Below, piece by piece: positions 17,609 through 28,768 of a stretch of 32,000 bases of DNA (positions within the stretch are counted from its first letter, which is position 1; each line of letters starts with the position of its first letter). Position numbers and translations under genes: made by a program. Under the pieces are notes generated by a model. That model did no database searches and was not told the origin of the DNA. It worked only from the letters and a program-made list of their open reading frames with translations. Source of the DNA: Methanocaldococcus jannaschii DSM 2661 (GTDB taxonomy: Archaea > AGJL01 > Methanococci > Methanococcales > Methanocaldococcaceae); contig NC_000909.1 of the NCBI RefSeq assembly GCF_000091665.1, positions 533,581 to 565,580 of the forward strand, written 5' to 3'.

Positions 17609-18718
17609 TTATACTATAAAGTCAATACCTCCTATTTTACGTTCTTTTCTTTGACTTTGTTCTTTTGAAACTTTTGGAATTATTCTTTTCGGCTTTGTGT
17701 CTTTCCCTACAATGTTTGGAGATTTAACTCCGGTAATTATCGCCATAACTCTAATACAGCCCTCCATTTCAGGGTCTATTCTTGCTCCCCATATAACATT
17801 TGCCTCTGGGTCAAGTTCTTTTGTAATTCCTTCTCCAATATCATTTGCCTCTTTTAATGTCAAATCTGGCCCACCAGTTATATGAATTAAAGCTCCTTTA
17901 GCTCCTCTATAATCAACATCCAATAATGGACAGCTTAAAGTTTCTCTAACAACATTTTGCACTCTATCTCCTCTGTCACTGCTATCAACTTCCCCAACAC
18001 CAATCATCGCTACGCCTCCACCACTCATCACTGCCTTAACATCTGCAAAATCAATGTTTATTAAACTTGGAACAGCAATAGTTTCAGTTATTCCCTTAAC
18101 GGCTTGAGCTATAATTTCATCAGCTACTTTAAATGCATCATTTATAGGTAAATTTGGAACTAAGTCTAAGAGTTTATTGTTATCTATAATAATTACAGTG
18201 TCACAAACCTCTGACATTCTTGCAATTCCTTCATCTGCTTTTTTCATTCTTGCCCTCTCAATTTTAAATGGATATGTTACAACTCCAACTACTATAGCAC
18301 CATTTTCTTTAGCCACCTCAGCCACAACAGGAGCTGAACCTGTCCCAGTTCCACCACCCATTCCTGCTGTAACAAAAACTAAATCAGCTCCTTTTAACTG
18401 CTCTTCCAATATATTTTTAGCCATTTCAGCGGCTTTCCTACCAATTTCTGGATAACCACCAGCTCCTAAACCTCTTGTTAATGTAGCTCCAATTAAAATT
18501 TTCTTATCTGCCTGTATAACTTCTAAGTGCTGTTTATCAGTGTTAATTGCAATCGTTTCTGCTCCTTGAATACCTATCTCCATTAACCTATTAATTGTGT
18601 TATTTCCAGCTCCACCACAACCAACTACTACGATTCTTGCTTCTCCAAACTCATCTTTTAAATATCTGGTTGTATCACTTCTTGATAAGGCATCTTTTAC
18701 GAGTTTCATAATTATCAT
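17609..18718 (-). CDS. ftsZ: Cell division protein FtsZ
   Basis: [35 protein letters not shown] and [20 protein letters not shown]. The track ORF starts at 18820; a start near 18718/18709 after GGATGAT fits family N-termini better. Confidence 0.97.
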   Translation of the reverse strand: MIIMKLVKDALSRSDTTRYLKDEFGEARIVVVGCGGAGNNTINRLMEIGIQGAETIAINTDKQHLEVIQADKKILIGATLTRGLGAGGYPEIGRKAAEMAKNILEEQLKGADLVFVTAGMGGGTGTGSAPVVAEVAKENGAIVVGVVTYPFKIERARMKKADEGIARMSEVCDTVIIIDNNKLLDLVPNLPINDAFKVADEIIAQAVKGITETIAVPSLINIDFADVKAVMSGGGVAMIGVGEVDSSDRGDRVQNVVRETLSCPLLDVDYRGAKGALIHITGGPDLTLKEANDIGEGITKELDPEANVIWGARIDPEMEGCIRVMAIITGVKSPNIVGKDTKPKRIIPKVSKEQSQRKERKIGGIDFIV

Positions 18719-18924
18719 CCTTAAATTCCTAATGTTGAATTTATAAATCATTTCCCATTTCTCATAAATTACACATAATAACCTTGCAAACCAATAAGTT
18801 AAGGTTAAATCAATACCCATTTAGTTAGTTGTAAAAAACTATACAAAATTTACTTTATATTTTTCAATTATATATACTTTAACTTAAAAATTAATGTGAT
18901 AAACTTCTACGCACCACCACAAAC

Positions 18925-18934
18925 TATATATAAA
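18925..18934 (+). promoter_or_regulatory. Probable TATA box (TATATATAAA) of the SRP RNA gene
   Basis: Centred about 27 nt upstream of the 5' end of the closing helix. Confidence 0.65.
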
Positions 18935-18956
18935 AAGTCCTATTATATTATTAATT

Positions 18957-19280
18957 GGTGTGCATGGCTAGGCCGGGGGGTTGGGCGTCCCCTGTAACCC
19001 GAAATCGCCCTTATGCGGGGGCCGAAAACTTGGGGGCGGCATGTCCTCCAGTCCTTCCTTCCCAGACTCCTCGATGAGGTCTCGTCCCGTGGGGCTCGGC
19101 GGTGGGGGAGCATCTCCTGTAGGGGAGATGTAACCCCCTTTACCTGCCGAACCCCGCCAGGCCCGGAAGGGAGCAACGGTAGGCAGGACGTCGGCGCTCA
19201 CGGGGGTGCGGGACGGAGAAGGAATCTGGGGGCGAGGGAGGACTGGAGGACATGCCCACCCCAAGGAAGCCATGCACACC
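18957..19280 (+). ncRNA. Archaeal signal recognition particle 7S RNA
   Basis: Strongly GC-rich block in an AT-rich genome; the termini GGTGTGCATGGCT (18957-18969) and AGCCATGCACACC (19268-19280) are perfectly complementary; contains the helix 8 signature GCCAGGCCCGGAAGGGAGCAACGGTAGGCAGGAC and helix 6 arms GGGGGAGCATCTCC/GGGGAGATGTAACCCCC. Confidence 0.97.
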
Positions 19281-19295
19281 ACTTTTTTTATTTTA
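19281..19295 (+). terminator. T-rich tract (acttttttta tttta) after the SRP RNA, probable transcription terminator
   Basis: Oligo-T directly after the closing helix. Confidence 0.55.
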
Positions 19296-19304
19296 GGTGG
19301 GACT

Positions 19305-19784
19305 ATGCTTATTGGGGTTATCTCTGACACCCATCTCTATGATAGAGCTTTTGAATTACCAAAAGCTGTTTTTGATGAGTTTTCAAATGTGGATTTAATT
19401 ATTCACTGTGGAGATGTAACTGATAAAGAAATTTTAGACTCATTAAAAGATTTAGCTAAGGTTGTTGCTGTTAAAGGAAATATGGATTATTTAAATTTAC
19501 CAAGAAAAGAGATTTTAGAGATAAATGATATTAAGATAGGAGTTATTCATGGAGATGTAGTTTATCCAAGGGGGGATAGATTAAAATTGAGGTTGTTAGG
19601 TAAAGAGATGGGAGTTGATGTTTTAATATCTGGACACACCCACACACCATTTATAGATGATTGTAGAGATATTTTATTATTAAATCCTGGTTCTCCAACA
19701 GTCCCAAGATGTCCTCTAAAATCTATTATGAAGTTAAGTGTTGAGGATAAGTTGGAGGCTAAATTAATCCCAATAGAAGAATAA
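19305..19784 (+). CDS. Metallophosphoesterase / phosphodiesterase (MJ0936/YfcE-like)
   Basis: MLIGVISDTHLYD, LIIHCGDVTD, VKGNMDY, IGVIHGD and ISGHTHTPF; real start at 19305 after TAGGTGG. The N-terminal extension in the track is SRP RNA sequence. Confidence 0.95.
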   Translation: MLIGVISDTHLYDRAFELPKAVFDEFSNVDLIIHCGDVTDKEILDSLKDLAKVVAVKGNMDYLNLPRKEILEINDIKIGVIHGDVVYPRGDRLKLRLLGKEMGVDVLISGHTHTPFIDDCRDILLLNPGSPTVPRCPLKSIMKLSVEDKLEAKLIPIEE

Positions 19785-19798
19785 TATTTGGTGCTACA

Positions 19799-19975
19799 AT
19801 GGGGATAAAGATATTAGAGAAATGTGTTGGTTGTGGGAACTGTGTTGTATTTTGCCCAAGAAGAGCAATAAAAACCTATGGAGTTGCTATAGTTGATGAA
19901 AATAAATGCTCAAATTGTGGGATTTGTGCAAGGTATTGTCCTATAAATGCCATAAAAGTAGATACCTCATTATAA
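19799..19975 (+). CDS. 2[4Fe-4S] ferredoxin-type protein, 58 aa
   Basis: My translation MGIKILEKCVGCGNCVVFCPRRAIKTYGVAIVDENKCSNCGICARYCPINAIKVDTSL* has two CxxCxxCxxxCP motifs. It falls below the track's length cutoff. Confidence 0.93.
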   Translation: MGIKILEKCVGCGNCVVFCPRRAIKTYGVAIVDENKCSNCGICARYCPINAIKVDTSL

Positions 19976-20024
19976 GAGCTAAACAGATTTTAAACAAACA
20001 TTATATATCTTTTTTGGTGATATT

Positions 20025-21035
20025 ATGAAATTCTATAATAGAGAGAAAGAGCTGAATTATTTAAAAACCTATTGTCAATTAGATCCAAACTCTATTTTAT
20101 TTGTTTATGGCCCTAAATCATCTGGTAAATCAACTGTAATGAGAAGAGTTATTAAAGAGTTAGAAGATAGTAATATAGTGTTTTTCTATTATAATCTAAG
20201 GAAGTATGCAACCTATAGCAAAGAAGAATTTTTAAGAGTATTTTTTGAGAAGTCAGAAAAAAAATATCTGCTAAATAAGTTAGAACTTAACTTGGGAGTT
20301 TTTAAGTTTGGTGTTGAGGAGAACTTTGATTTTAATAACTTAAAACTAAATGATGTCTTTGCAAAGATAAATGAGAGTATAAATGCTGTTGTAGAAGATG
20401 GAAAGAAACCAGTTTTGATAATTGATGAGTTGCAGAAGTTGAAAAATATTTATTTTAACGGTGGTAAGTCATTGTTAAATGAATTGTTTAATCTCTTCGT
20501 CTCTCTAACTAAAATGGAGCATTTATGCCATGTTATTTGTTTAACCTCTGATACATTGTTTATAGAGGAGATTTATCAAAGTTCAACTTTAGAGAATACT
20601 TCAAAGTATTATTTAATTGATTGGTTAAGAAAAGGAACTATAAGAAATATTTTGAAAGAGGAGGGGTTTAGTGAAGAAGAGATTAATTATTGTTTAGATT
20701 ATTTATCTCTACCTTATGAAATAGTTGATTTGATTGAGAATAAAAAATTAGGTTTGTCTGTTGAAGAGACAATAAGGCAATGGATTAATATTGAGAAGGA
20801 TAAAATAAAGTATTTAATAGATACAACTGATTTGGATGAAGAGGAGCTTTATAAAGTTTTATCTAAATTTAAGGACAAAATAAAAATCTCTTATGAAAAA
20901 GAAGTTAAAAAAGAGGAGATGAAGTATTTTAAGTTTTTAATTAAAAATGAGATTTTATTTTATGATGTTATTAATGGAATTATTAAGCCAACCTCTGTAA
21001 AGAAATGGTATGCTATAAGAGAGATTTTGAAATAA
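20025..21035 (+). CDS. Archaeal ATPase (PF01637-like P-loop ATPase)
   Basis: NREKEL, Walker A GPKSSGKST and Walker B PVLIIDELQK. Confidence 0.9.
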   Translation: MKFYNREKELNYLKTYCQLDPNSILFVYGPKSSGKSTVMRRVIKELEDSNIVFFYYNLRKYATYSKEEFLRVFFEKSEKKYLLNKLELNLGVFKFGVEENFDFNNLKLNDVFAKINESINAVVEDGKKPVLIIDELQKLKNIYFNGGKSLLNELFNLFVSLTKMEHLCHVICLTSDTLFIEEIYQSSTLENTSKYYLIDWLRKGTIRNILKEEGFSEEEINYCLDYLSLPYEIVDLIENKKLGLSVEETIRQWINIEKDKIKYLIDTTDLDEEELYKVLSKFKDKIKISYEKEVKKEEMKYFKFLIKNEILFYDVINGIIKPTSVKKWYAIREILK

Positions 21036-21148
21036 AGTTAAGATTTTAAGGCTAAACCTAAAAGATTTTTTATTATGTAATGAAACCATTAAGGTTTTAA
21101 AATACTCAAAACAATATAAATGCTATTATGGTAGGGAGAGGTGAATTT

Positions 21149-21757
21149 ATGTATATTGGAAGATTCTTAGTTGTTGGAAAAACTAAAGAAGGAAAACCAT
21201 TCGCTGCCTATAGAGTCTCAAGTAGAAGCTTTCCAAACAGAGAGGCAAAGAAAATGGATGACAATACAGTTGCAATAATTCCAAAGGATTTGAATGAGAT
21301 GTTTAAAAACCCATATATCACATACAATTGCATAAAGGTTATTGATAAAACGATTGTTGTTTCTAACGGAACACATACTGACTTTATAGCTGAAAAATTG
21401 CACTTTGGAAAGAGAGATGCGTTAGCTTACGTATTGGCAGTTATGGACTATGAAAAAGATGATTATAAGACCCCAAGGATTGCGGCTATTTTAGATGAAA
21501 ACGAATGCTATATGGGTTATGTTGCTCATGATGACATTAGAGTTAAGAAAGTTGAACTAAAAGATGGGAAAGGCTATTATTTGGGAGTTTATAACGCCTG
21601 TAAAATAGATGAAAACCAGATTATAGATATTAAAGGAGAGACAGCTGAAGAGATAGCAGATTATATATTAAATTATGAGGAATTTGAGCATCCTGTTGCA
21701 TGTGCTGTTGCTGTTATTGATAAAGATGGGATAAAAATAGCTACTAAGGGCAAATAA
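21149..21757 (+). CDS. purO: Archaeal IMP cyclohydrolase
   Basis: [43 protein letters not shown] and [19 protein letters not shown]; start at 21149 after GAGGTG. Confidence 0.93.
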   Translation: MYIGRFLVVGKTKEGKPFAAYRVSSRSFPNREAKKMDDNTVAIIPKDLNEMFKNPYITYNCIKVIDKTIVVSNGTHTDFIAEKLHFGKRDALAYVLAVMDYEKDDYKTPRIAAILDENECYMGYVAHDDIRVKKVELKDGKGYYLGVYNACKIDENQIIDIKGETAEEIADYILNYEEFEHPVACAVAVIDKDGIKIATKGK

Positions 21758-21787
21758 TAATTTTTTATAATACTTTTTGGTGAAATT

Positions 21788-22141
21788 ATGGAAATTGATG
21801 TTAAAAGCCCAGATTTAATTATCAATACTATAAGAGGTAATGAGAAAATATATTTTGATAAATCAATATTTGAAGAGAGCTTGGACAATAAGTTTGAAAT
21901 TATTCAATATCTTATGAAAATTCTTGAAAGATTTTTGAAAATCTATGATAATCATATAAAAGAAATAAAACTGCTCATAGATTCTGAAAATCATCCAGAA
22001 CCGCATTTAATAGTTGTTATAAAATTTAAAAACAAAGAAAATATCTTTAAAATTTCAGAACAGATTGAAAACAAAATATACGAAAATCCAAAATCTAAAA
22101 ATGTTTTAGTTTATCCCATTACAGGTGGGACAGATGTTTAA
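21788..22141 (+). CDS. Uncharacterised 117-aa protein, 17-nt overlap with the next gene
   Basis: ORF in a compact operon context. Confidence 0.7.
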   Translation: MEIDVKSPDLIINTIRGNEKIYFDKSIFEESLDNKFEIIQYLMKILERFLKIYDNHIKEIKLLIDSENHPEPHLIVVIKFKNKENIFKISEQIENKIYENPKSKNVLVYPITGGTDV

Positions 22142-22625
22142 TCCCTTAGATTTTGTATATATTGCTGAATTCTTAGAAGAATCAAAAGTAGATAAAAAAG
22201 AGGCAAAAAATCGAACAATTATTGGGAGATACTATTATGCGTCATTTCTATTTTTAAGAGGGATTTTAAAAGAAAATTTAAAAAATTACAACTCAAAAGA
22301 GGCAAAAGAATTTTTATATTTAATTGAACTGTCTAATTCTCATAAAATTATTTTAGATTTTCTTAATGTGCTTAAAAAAGAAGATGGAAAATTTAGAAGA
22401 GTTTATAATGCCTTATCTATTTTGAGAGATTTAAGAAATGCATCAGATTATGAATTAGAAAGTCCAGCAAGAGTTAAATCCATTAAAGAAATGGTTGATT
22501 TTAATGATGATTATTACGTTGAATTATCTAAAAATAAATACAAAATTATTGTAAATTCAAAATCAGATGTTGAAAATATTTTAAAAGATAGAAGTAAAAT
22601 AGATAAAATACTAAGAAAAATCTAA
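22125..22625 (+). CDS. Probable HEPN-like protein
   Basis: RTIIGRYYYASFLFLRGILKE and LRDLRNASDYE resemble HEPN helices. Confidence 0.6.
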   Translation: MGQMFNPLDFVYIAEFLEESKVDKKEAKNRTIIGRYYYASFLFLRGILKENLKNYNSKEAKEFLYLIELSNSHKIILDFLNVLKKEDGKFRRVYNALSILRDLRNASDYELESPARVKSIKEMVDFNDDYYVELSKNKYKIIVNSKSDVENILKDRSKIDKILRKI

Positions 22626-22626
22626 A

Positions 22627-23271
22627 ATGGATGTGATTACTATGTCTATTTTTTTATTTGAGAGGGATAATGAGAAAAGTGTAATAGATAATCTTAGATT
22701 ATTAATTCAGATGTCTCTTAAAAGCATTGAGCTATTAAAAGATTATATGAATTCCAAAGATGAAAAAATATTAAAAGAGATTATAAAAATAGAAGAGGAA
22801 GGAGATGAAACTACAAAAAATATAAGGATAAACTTAGAAAAGGCATTTTTACCAAATATGAGAAGAGAGTTATCAAGGTCTGCAGAGCTTTTAGATGAGA
22901 CATTAGACAGCTTAAAACATGCCGCTATGTTATATGAGTTATTAAAGGAAGAGTTTGATGAGTATTTAAAAAATGAAATAGACCTTGTTTTAATGATTAC
23001 CGTGGATATGTTTCAACACTTAGATAGAGTTTTAGATGTTATTGAAAAAGGTGGGGATTTAGACCCAATTATCAAAGAGATTAAAGACAAAGAAAAATTT
23101 ATTGATGATGTTTATCAAAATAGGATTTATAAGTATTTAATAAATTTGGAAGTTGAATCATTTTGGGAGGGAAAAATTTTGTGTGATTTTATAGATAATA
23201 TTGTTAATATTAGCGACTACATAGAAGATGTGGCTGATGAGTTACATATAATTTATTTACACACAAAATAA
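22627..23271 (+). CDS. PhoU-like / DUF47 protein
   Basis: LERDNEKSV-type N-terminus (FLFERDNEKSVIDNLRLLIQMSLKSIELL), EEEGDETTKNI; immediately precedes a PiT transporter. Confidence 0.82.
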   Translation: MDVITMSIFLFERDNEKSVIDNLRLLIQMSLKSIELLKDYMNSKDEKILKEIIKIEEEGDETTKNIRINLEKAFLPNMRRELSRSAELLDETLDSLKHAAMLYELLKEEFDEYLKNEIDLVLMITVDMFQHLDRVLDVIEKGGDLDPIIKEIKDKEKFIDDVYQNRIYKYLINLEVESFWEGKILCDFIDNIVNISDYIEDVADELHIIYLHTK

Positions 23272-23291
23272 AATGAGTTTTAGATAAATGG

Positions 23292-24185
23292 GTGATTACT
23301 ATAGAGATTTCTATAAATTTAGAGCTAATCATAAGTTTTTATTTATTGTTTATATTAGGGGCTAATAATGTTGCCAACGCTATAGGCACTGCCTATGCAT
23401 CAAGAGCAACAACATATAGAAATCTGCTAATTTTATTTAGCATTTCAGTTATAATTGGTTCTTTATTTGCAAAAAATGTTGGAAGTACAGTTAATAGCTT
23501 ATCTTCTGATGCTTTAACTGCTTTAATAATCTCTGCCTTAGTTATGACACTCTCAACATACAAAAAAGTGCCAATATCATTGCATACAGTTATTATATGC
23601 TCTCTAATTGGATTAAATTTTAACTCATCAAATCTATATGTATTTGGTGAGATATTATTAAGCTGGATATTATCTCCAATTATAGCTGTTGTTATTGCCT
23701 ATATATTGTATTCAGCTTATGAAAAGATAGATATCTCAATTCTCAAAAAGATAACAATGATTAGATATTTTCTATTAATAAGTGCTGCTGTTGTAGCGTT
23801 CAACTTAGGAAGTAACGATTTACCAACTGTATTAGGAACATTTACAACATCCCAAATAATTTATATTATCGGAGCTATTTTTTTATGCTTGGGAGCTTAT
23901 TTATACGGAAATAGGGTTTCAGAAACATTATCTATGATAACAAATTTGAGTGTTAGCTCTGCATTTATTGCCCAACTCTCTGGAGGTTTGGCAGTAACAA
24001 TTTTTACTGCTTTAGGTATGCCAGTTTCAACGACTCAAGCAATTGTTGGTGGAATCTTAGGGGTTGGTTTAACTAAGGGAATAAAAACAGTAAGATGGAA
24101 AGTTTTAAAAAATATTATTTTTTGGTGGGTTGTAGCTCCAATAATAGCTTTAATAATTGGTTTTATAATAAATAGGATGATATAA
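23292..24185 (+). CDS. Inorganic phosphate transporter, PiT family
   Basis: GANNVANAIGTAYASRA, NLGSNDLPTVLGTF and GMPVSTTQAIVGGILGVGLTKGIKTVRW; GTG start. Confidence 0.93.
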   Translation: MITIEISINLELIISFYLLFILGANNVANAIGTAYASRATTYRNLLILFSISVIIGSLFAKNVGSTVNSLSSDALTALIISALVMTLSTYKKVPISLHTVIICSLIGLNFNSSNLYVFGEILLSWILSPIIAVVIAYILYSAYEKIDISILKKITMIRYFLLISAAVVAFNLGSNDLPTVLGTFTTSQIIYIIGAIFLCLGAYLYGNRVSETLSMITNLSVSSAFIAQLSGGLAVTIFTALGMPVSTTQAIVGGILGVGLTKGIKTVRWKVLKNIIFWWVVAPIIALIIGFIINRMI

Positions 24186-24694
24186 TGAAGGAAATGTTAT
24201 TGGATAAACTAAAGAACTGCAAAAAATTGGTTATTATGGGCATTGGGAATGAGTTGAAAGGAGATGATGCTGTTGGCATTTATGTAGTTAAAAAATTGAT
24301 GAGGTATTTTGGAGAAGAAAAAGAATTTATAAACATCAAAAATCTCTATTTAATAAATGCTGGAACTGTTCCTGATTTTTTTACAGATATTTTAAAAGAG
24401 ATAAAACCAACTCATATTTTAATAATCGACTGTGCCCTAATGGATAAAGATGTTGGAGAGGTTAAGATTATAAAAGAGGATGAAATAATAAATTACAGTT
24501 TCTCAACTCATACATTGCCATTGTCTATAATAGTTAAATATTTAAAAAAATTTATAAATGCAGAAATAATTATTTTAGGAATTCAGCCAAAAATTATAGA
24601 TTTTTGCCCTATATCTGAAGAGGTTAAATTATCTGGGGATAAATTAGTAAATACACTTATTGAGATTATAGAAGAGCTAAAATTAGCTAAATAA
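24185..24694 (+). CDS. hycI: Hydrogenase maturation endopeptidase (HycI-like)
   Basis: [47 protein letters not shown] and FSTHTLPLS. Confidence 0.9.
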   Translation: MKEMLLDKLKNCKKLVIMGIGNELKGDDAVGIYVVKKLMRYFGEEKEFINIKNLYLINAGTVPDFFTDILKEIKPTHILIIDCALMDKDVGEVKIIKEDEIINYSFSTHTLPLSIIVKYLKKFINAEIIILGIQPKIIDFCPISEEVKLSGDKLVNTLIEIIEELKLAK

Positions 24695-24710
24695 GATTAG
24701 GGGGTTTAAA

Positions 24711-25802
24711 ATGAAATTCTTCAACAGAGAGAAAGAAATAGAGGAAATCCTGCATATTATTGAGTCAGAACCTCAAAGAATAAATTTTATCTTTGGCTCT
24801 ATAAATTCTGGAAAAACTGCTTTAATAAATGAGATTATTAATAATAGATTAAATAAGGATAAGTATGTTGTGTTTTATTTTGATTTGAGGGAAATATTTA
24901 TATCTAAGTATGATGACTTCATTGAAGTTTTGTTTGAGGAGTATGAAGAACCATTTATTGATAAAGTTAAGAGGTTATTTTTATCCCTAATTAAAGATTA
25001 TCCAGATGTTATTAAGAGTTATGCTTTGTTAAACATTACAGGAGTTGTTGATAGCATTCCAATACCAAAAAATACCCTAAATGAATTGTTAAAAAAGAGG
25101 AATGTTAAAAATGTCTTTAGATATATAACTTCTGTATTAATCAAGATTAAAAGAGAAGGAAAACAACCAATAATTATTATAGATGAACTACAAAAAATAG
25201 GGGACTTAAAACTAAATGGATTTTTAATTTATGAGCTTTTTAATTACTTTGTCTCTCTAACTAAGCATAAGCATCTATGTCATGTTTTTTGTTTAAGCTC
25301 CGATAGCTTATTTATTGAGAGGGTTTATAATGAGGCAATGTTAGAAGGAAGATGCAAATATATTTTAGTTGATGATTTTGATAGGGAAACTGCTTTAAAG
25401 TTTATGGATTTTTTAGCAAAGGAGAATAATATTAACCTAACTAATGAAGATAAAGAGTTAATCTATAATTATGTAGGGGGAAAACCAATAGATATAATCT
25501 ACGTTATTAATGAGATGAAATATAAGAAATTAGAAGATATCTTAACCTCAATGCTTAAAGAAGAAACCCAAAAACTAAAATACTTCTTAGAGAATGTTAA
25601 AGAAGAAGATGAAGAACTTTATAAAAAAGTTGTTGATGCATTAAAAATATTTAAAGATAGTTACGAAATTGAAGATATAAAAATACCTAAAAAACTTAGA
25701 GAATTTTTAGTTAAGAAAAACATCTTATTCTTAAATCCAATCGAAGGAACTTTAAAACCGCAGAGTTTTTTAGTGTGGAACGCTATAAAAAGAATATTGT
25801 AG
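24711..25802 (+). CDS. Archaeal ATPase (PF01637-like), paralogue of 20025-21035
   Basis: [13 protein letters not shown], Walker [10 protein letters not shown] and Walker [11 protein letters not shown]. Confidence 0.9.
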   Translation: MKFFNREKEIEEILHIIESEPQRINFIFGSINSGKTALINEIINNRLNKDKYVVFYFDLREIFISKYDDFIEVLFEEYEEPFIDKVKRLFLSLIKDYPDVIKSYALLNITGVVDSIPIPKNTLNELLKKRNVKNVFRYITSVLIKIKREGKQPIIIIDELQKIGDLKLNGFLIYELFNYFVSLTKHKHLCHVFCLSSDSLFIERVYNEAMLEGRCKYILVDDFDRETALKFMDFLAKENNINLTNEDKELIYNYVGGKPIDIIYVINEMKYKKLEDILTSMLKEETQKLKYFLENVKEEDEELYKKVVDALKIFKDSYEIEDIKIPKKLREFLVKKNILFLNPIEGTLKPQSFLVWNAIKRIL

Positions 25803-25942
25803 AACTTTGTAGTTATAGTCCTTTGCAAAAGGGTTAAATTAATAAATGGAGTTTTAAACGCCTTATTAATATACCTTAATTATTTTAATAATGTAATGTT
25901 TTGTAAAAACTAAGTATTGAACATTAAAAATGAAAGGATGTG

Positions 25943-28768
25943 ATGGTTATGATTGACTTTAAAGAGATTGAAAAGAAGTGGCAAAAAAGATGGGAAGAGG
26001 CAAAGATATTTGAAGCAAATCCAGATGATAGAGAGAAATTTTTTATAACTGCGGCATTTCCATATTTAAATGGAGTTTTGCATGCTGGACATTTAAGAAC
26101 TTTCACTATCCCAGAGGTTGTTGCAAGATTCCAAAGAATGAAAAATAAAAACGTTTTATGGACTTTTGGTTATCATGTTACAGGAACACCAATCTTAGGT
26201 TTAGCTGAATTAATAAAAAATAGAGATGAAAAGACAATTTGGGCATATACTGAATTACATGGAATACCAAAAGAAGAGTTATTAGAACTAACAACACCAG
26301 AGAAAATTGTTGAATATTTCTCAAAGAAAGCTGAAGAAGCATTTAAAAGAATGGGATTTAGCTTAGATTGGAGAAGGAACTTTAAAACGGATGATAAAGT
26401 TTTTAACAAATTTATAGAATGGCAGTTCCACAAATTAAAAGAGAAAGGGTTAATTGTTAAAGGTTCTCACCCAGTTAGATACTGTCCAAGATGCGACAAC
26501 CCTGTAGAAGACCACGACATATTAGTTGGAGAAAACGCAACTTTAGTTGAATACATCTTAATAAAATTCACAACAGAAGATGGCTGTATAATGCCAATGG
26601 CTACTTTAAGGCCAGAAACTGTCTTTGGAGTTACAAACGTTTGGGTTAATCCTGAAGCAACTTATGTAAAGGCAAAGGTCTATTTAGAGAAAGAAACTGA
26701 AAATGGGATTGAATTAATTGAGAATGGCATATGGATAATGGCAAAGGAGTGTGCTGAAAAATTAAAACACCAAGATAGAAAGATAGAGATTATTGAAGAA
26801 TTTAAAGGAGAACAGCTTATAAATAAAAAAGTAAAAAACCCGGTGACAGGAAAAGAAGTTCCAATATTGCCAGCTAAGTTTGTAAAAACAAATATTGGAA
26901 CTGGATGTGTCATGTCAGTTCCAGCACATGCACCTTACGACTACATAGCGTTAAGGGATTTAGGATTAGTTGATGAAATTGGTTTAATTCCATTAATTAA
27001 CGTCCCTGGTTATGGAAAATATCCTGCAAAGGAAATTGTTGAAAAGATGGGTATTAAAAGTCAGGAAGAAGAGGATAAGTTAGAGGAAGCAACTAAAAAA
27101 ATCTATAAAGATGAATTCCACAAGGGAGTTTTAAATGAAAACTGCTTAGATTATGAAGGAATTCCAGTTAGAGAGATTAAAGACAAATTAACAAAGGATT
27201 TAATTGATAAAGGTTTGGCAGAAATTATGTATGAATTTAGTGAAGAAAAGGTTATCTGTAGATGTGGAACCCCATGTATAGTTAAGATGGTTAAAGGACA
27301 ATGGTTCATCAAATATTCAGATGAGAAGTGGAAAGAATTAGCTCACAAATGTATAGATAAGATGAGATTCATCCCAGAGAATTTAAGGCAGGTATTCCAT
27401 GAGAAGATTGATTGGATGAAGGACAAGGCATGTGTTAGAAGAAGAGGTTTAGGAACAAAGTTCCCATTTGAAGAGGGATGGGTTATTGAATCTCTATCTG
27501 ATTCAACAATTTATCCAGCATACTACACAGTAGCAAAATATATCAATCAGCATAATATAAAGCCAGAGCAATTGACTTTAGAGTTATTTGATTATGTGTT
27601 CTTAGGAAAAGGGGATGTTGATAAAATTGCTAAAGAGACAGGAATTCCAAAGGATATTATTGAAGGTATGAGAAAAGAATTTATCTACTACTATCCAGTT
27701 GATTGGAGATGTTCAGCTAAGGATTTGATTCCAAACCATTTAACATTCTATATCTTTAACCACGTTGCAATATTCCCAGAAGAGTTTTGGCCAAGAGGGA
27801 TAGTAGTTAATGGTTATGTTACAATTGAAGGGAAAAAGTTATCTAAGTCAAAAGGTCCTGTATTGCCAGTTTTAGAAGTTGCTGAGAAATTTGGAGCTGA
27901 CGTTGGTAGATTCTATATAACAACCTGTGCTGAACTACCACAAGATGCCGATATCAAGTTTAAAGAAATGGAAAATACCAAAAAAGTTTTAGAGAGGTTG
28001 TATTTATTTGCAAAAGAGATTGCTGAGAGAAGAGGAGAAACAGGAGAAGAATTCAGCTATATTGATAAATGGTTATTGAGTAGATTGTATAAAGCCGTTA
28101 AACAGTATGATGAATATATGGAAAACTTTGAGCTAAGAAAAGCTGGAATTTTGCTCTATCAGTTGTTGGATGACTTAAAATGGTATAGAAGAAGAGGAGG
28201 AAATAATATAAGAGTTTTAGAGGAGTTTTTAGAGGTTATAATAAAGCTGATGATGCCATTTACACCACATTTATGTGAAGAGATGTGGGAGATTTTAGGA
28301 AAAGAGGGCTTTGTTTCATTAGCAAAATTCCCAGAGGTTAAAGAGGAGTTTATAAATGATGAGATTGAGAAGGGAGAGGAGTATTTAAAAGCAGTTATGG
28401 AGGATATCAAAGAGATTATAAACGTTGCTAAGGTTCAGCCAAAGAGAATCTACTTATATACTGCAGATGATTGGAAATACGAGATATTGAAGATTATTAA
28501 AGAAAATGAAGGGAAGACTATTAAAGAATTAATGCCAATCATTATGAAAAATCCAGAATTTAGAAAGTATGGTAAGGAAATTCCAAAGTTAGTTAATCAA
28601 TTAATAAAACTTAATGCAGAGATTATTAATGAGGTTGAGGTTTTAGAAAATGCCAAAGAGTTCTTAAAGAAAGAGGTTGGTGTTGAGGATATTATAATTA
28701 ATGGAGAAGATAAGGCTAATAAAAAGAGAGTAGCCATTCCATTTAAACCAGCTATTTATCTTGAATAA
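25943..28768 (+). CDS. leuS: Leucyl-tRNA synthetase, archaeal type
   Basis: PYLNGVLHAGHLRTF (HIGH-like) and GKKLSKSKGPVL (KMSKS); start among GTG 25940, ATG 25943 and ATG 25949. Confidence 0.96.
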   Translation: MVMIDFKEIEKKWQKRWEEAKIFEANPDDREKFFITAAFPYLNGVLHAGHLRTFTIPEVVARFQRMKNKNVLWTFGYHVTGTPILGLAELIKNRDEKTIWAYTELHGIPKEELLELTTPEKIVEYFSKKAEEAFKRMGFSLDWRRNFKTDDKVFNKFIEWQFHKLKEKGLIVKGSHPVRYCPRCDNPVEDHDILVGENATLVEYILIKFTTEDGCIMPMATLRPETVFGVTNVWVNPEATYVKAKVYLEKETENGIELIENGIWIMAKECAEKLKHQDRKIEIIEEFKGEQLINKKVKNPVTGKEVPILPAKFVKTNIGTGCVMSVPAHAPYDYIALRDLGLVDEIGLIPLINVPGYGKYPAKEIVEKMGIKSQEEEDKLEEATKKIYKDEFHKGVLNENCLDYEGIPVREIKDKLTKDLIDKGLAEIMYEFSEEKVICRCGTPCIVKMVKGQWFIKYSDEKWKELAHKCIDKMRFIPENLRQVFHEKIDWMKDKACVRRRGLGTKFPFEEGWVIESLSDSTIYPAYYTVAKYINQHNIKPEQLTLELFDYVFLGKGDVDKIAKETGIPKDIIEGMRKEFIYYYPVDWRCSAKDLIPNHLTFYIFNHVAIFPEEFWPRGIVVNGYVTIEGKKLSKSKGPVLPVLEVAEKFGADVGRFYITTCAELPQDADIKFKEMENTKKVLERLYLFAKEIAERRGETGEEFSYIDKWLLSRLYKAVKQYDEYMENFELRKAGILLYQLLDDLKWYRRRGGNNIRVLEEFLEVIIKLMMPFTPHLCEEMWEILGKEGFVSLAKFPEVKEEFINDEIEKGEEYLKAVMEDIKEIINVAKVQPKRIYLYTADDWKYEILKIIKENEGKTIKELMPIIMKNPEFRKYGKEIPKLVNQLIKLNAEIINEVEVLENAKEFLKKEVGVEDIIINGEDKANKKRVAIPFKPAIYLE

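Noticed and set aside
18943-19330. Several GC-rich ORFs on both strands (18943..19176, 18968..19330, 19013..19327) and the N-terminal extension of 19206..19784
   Set aside because: They are stop-free readings of the SRP 7S RNA; the protein sequences are low-quality and the RNA structure explains the composition.
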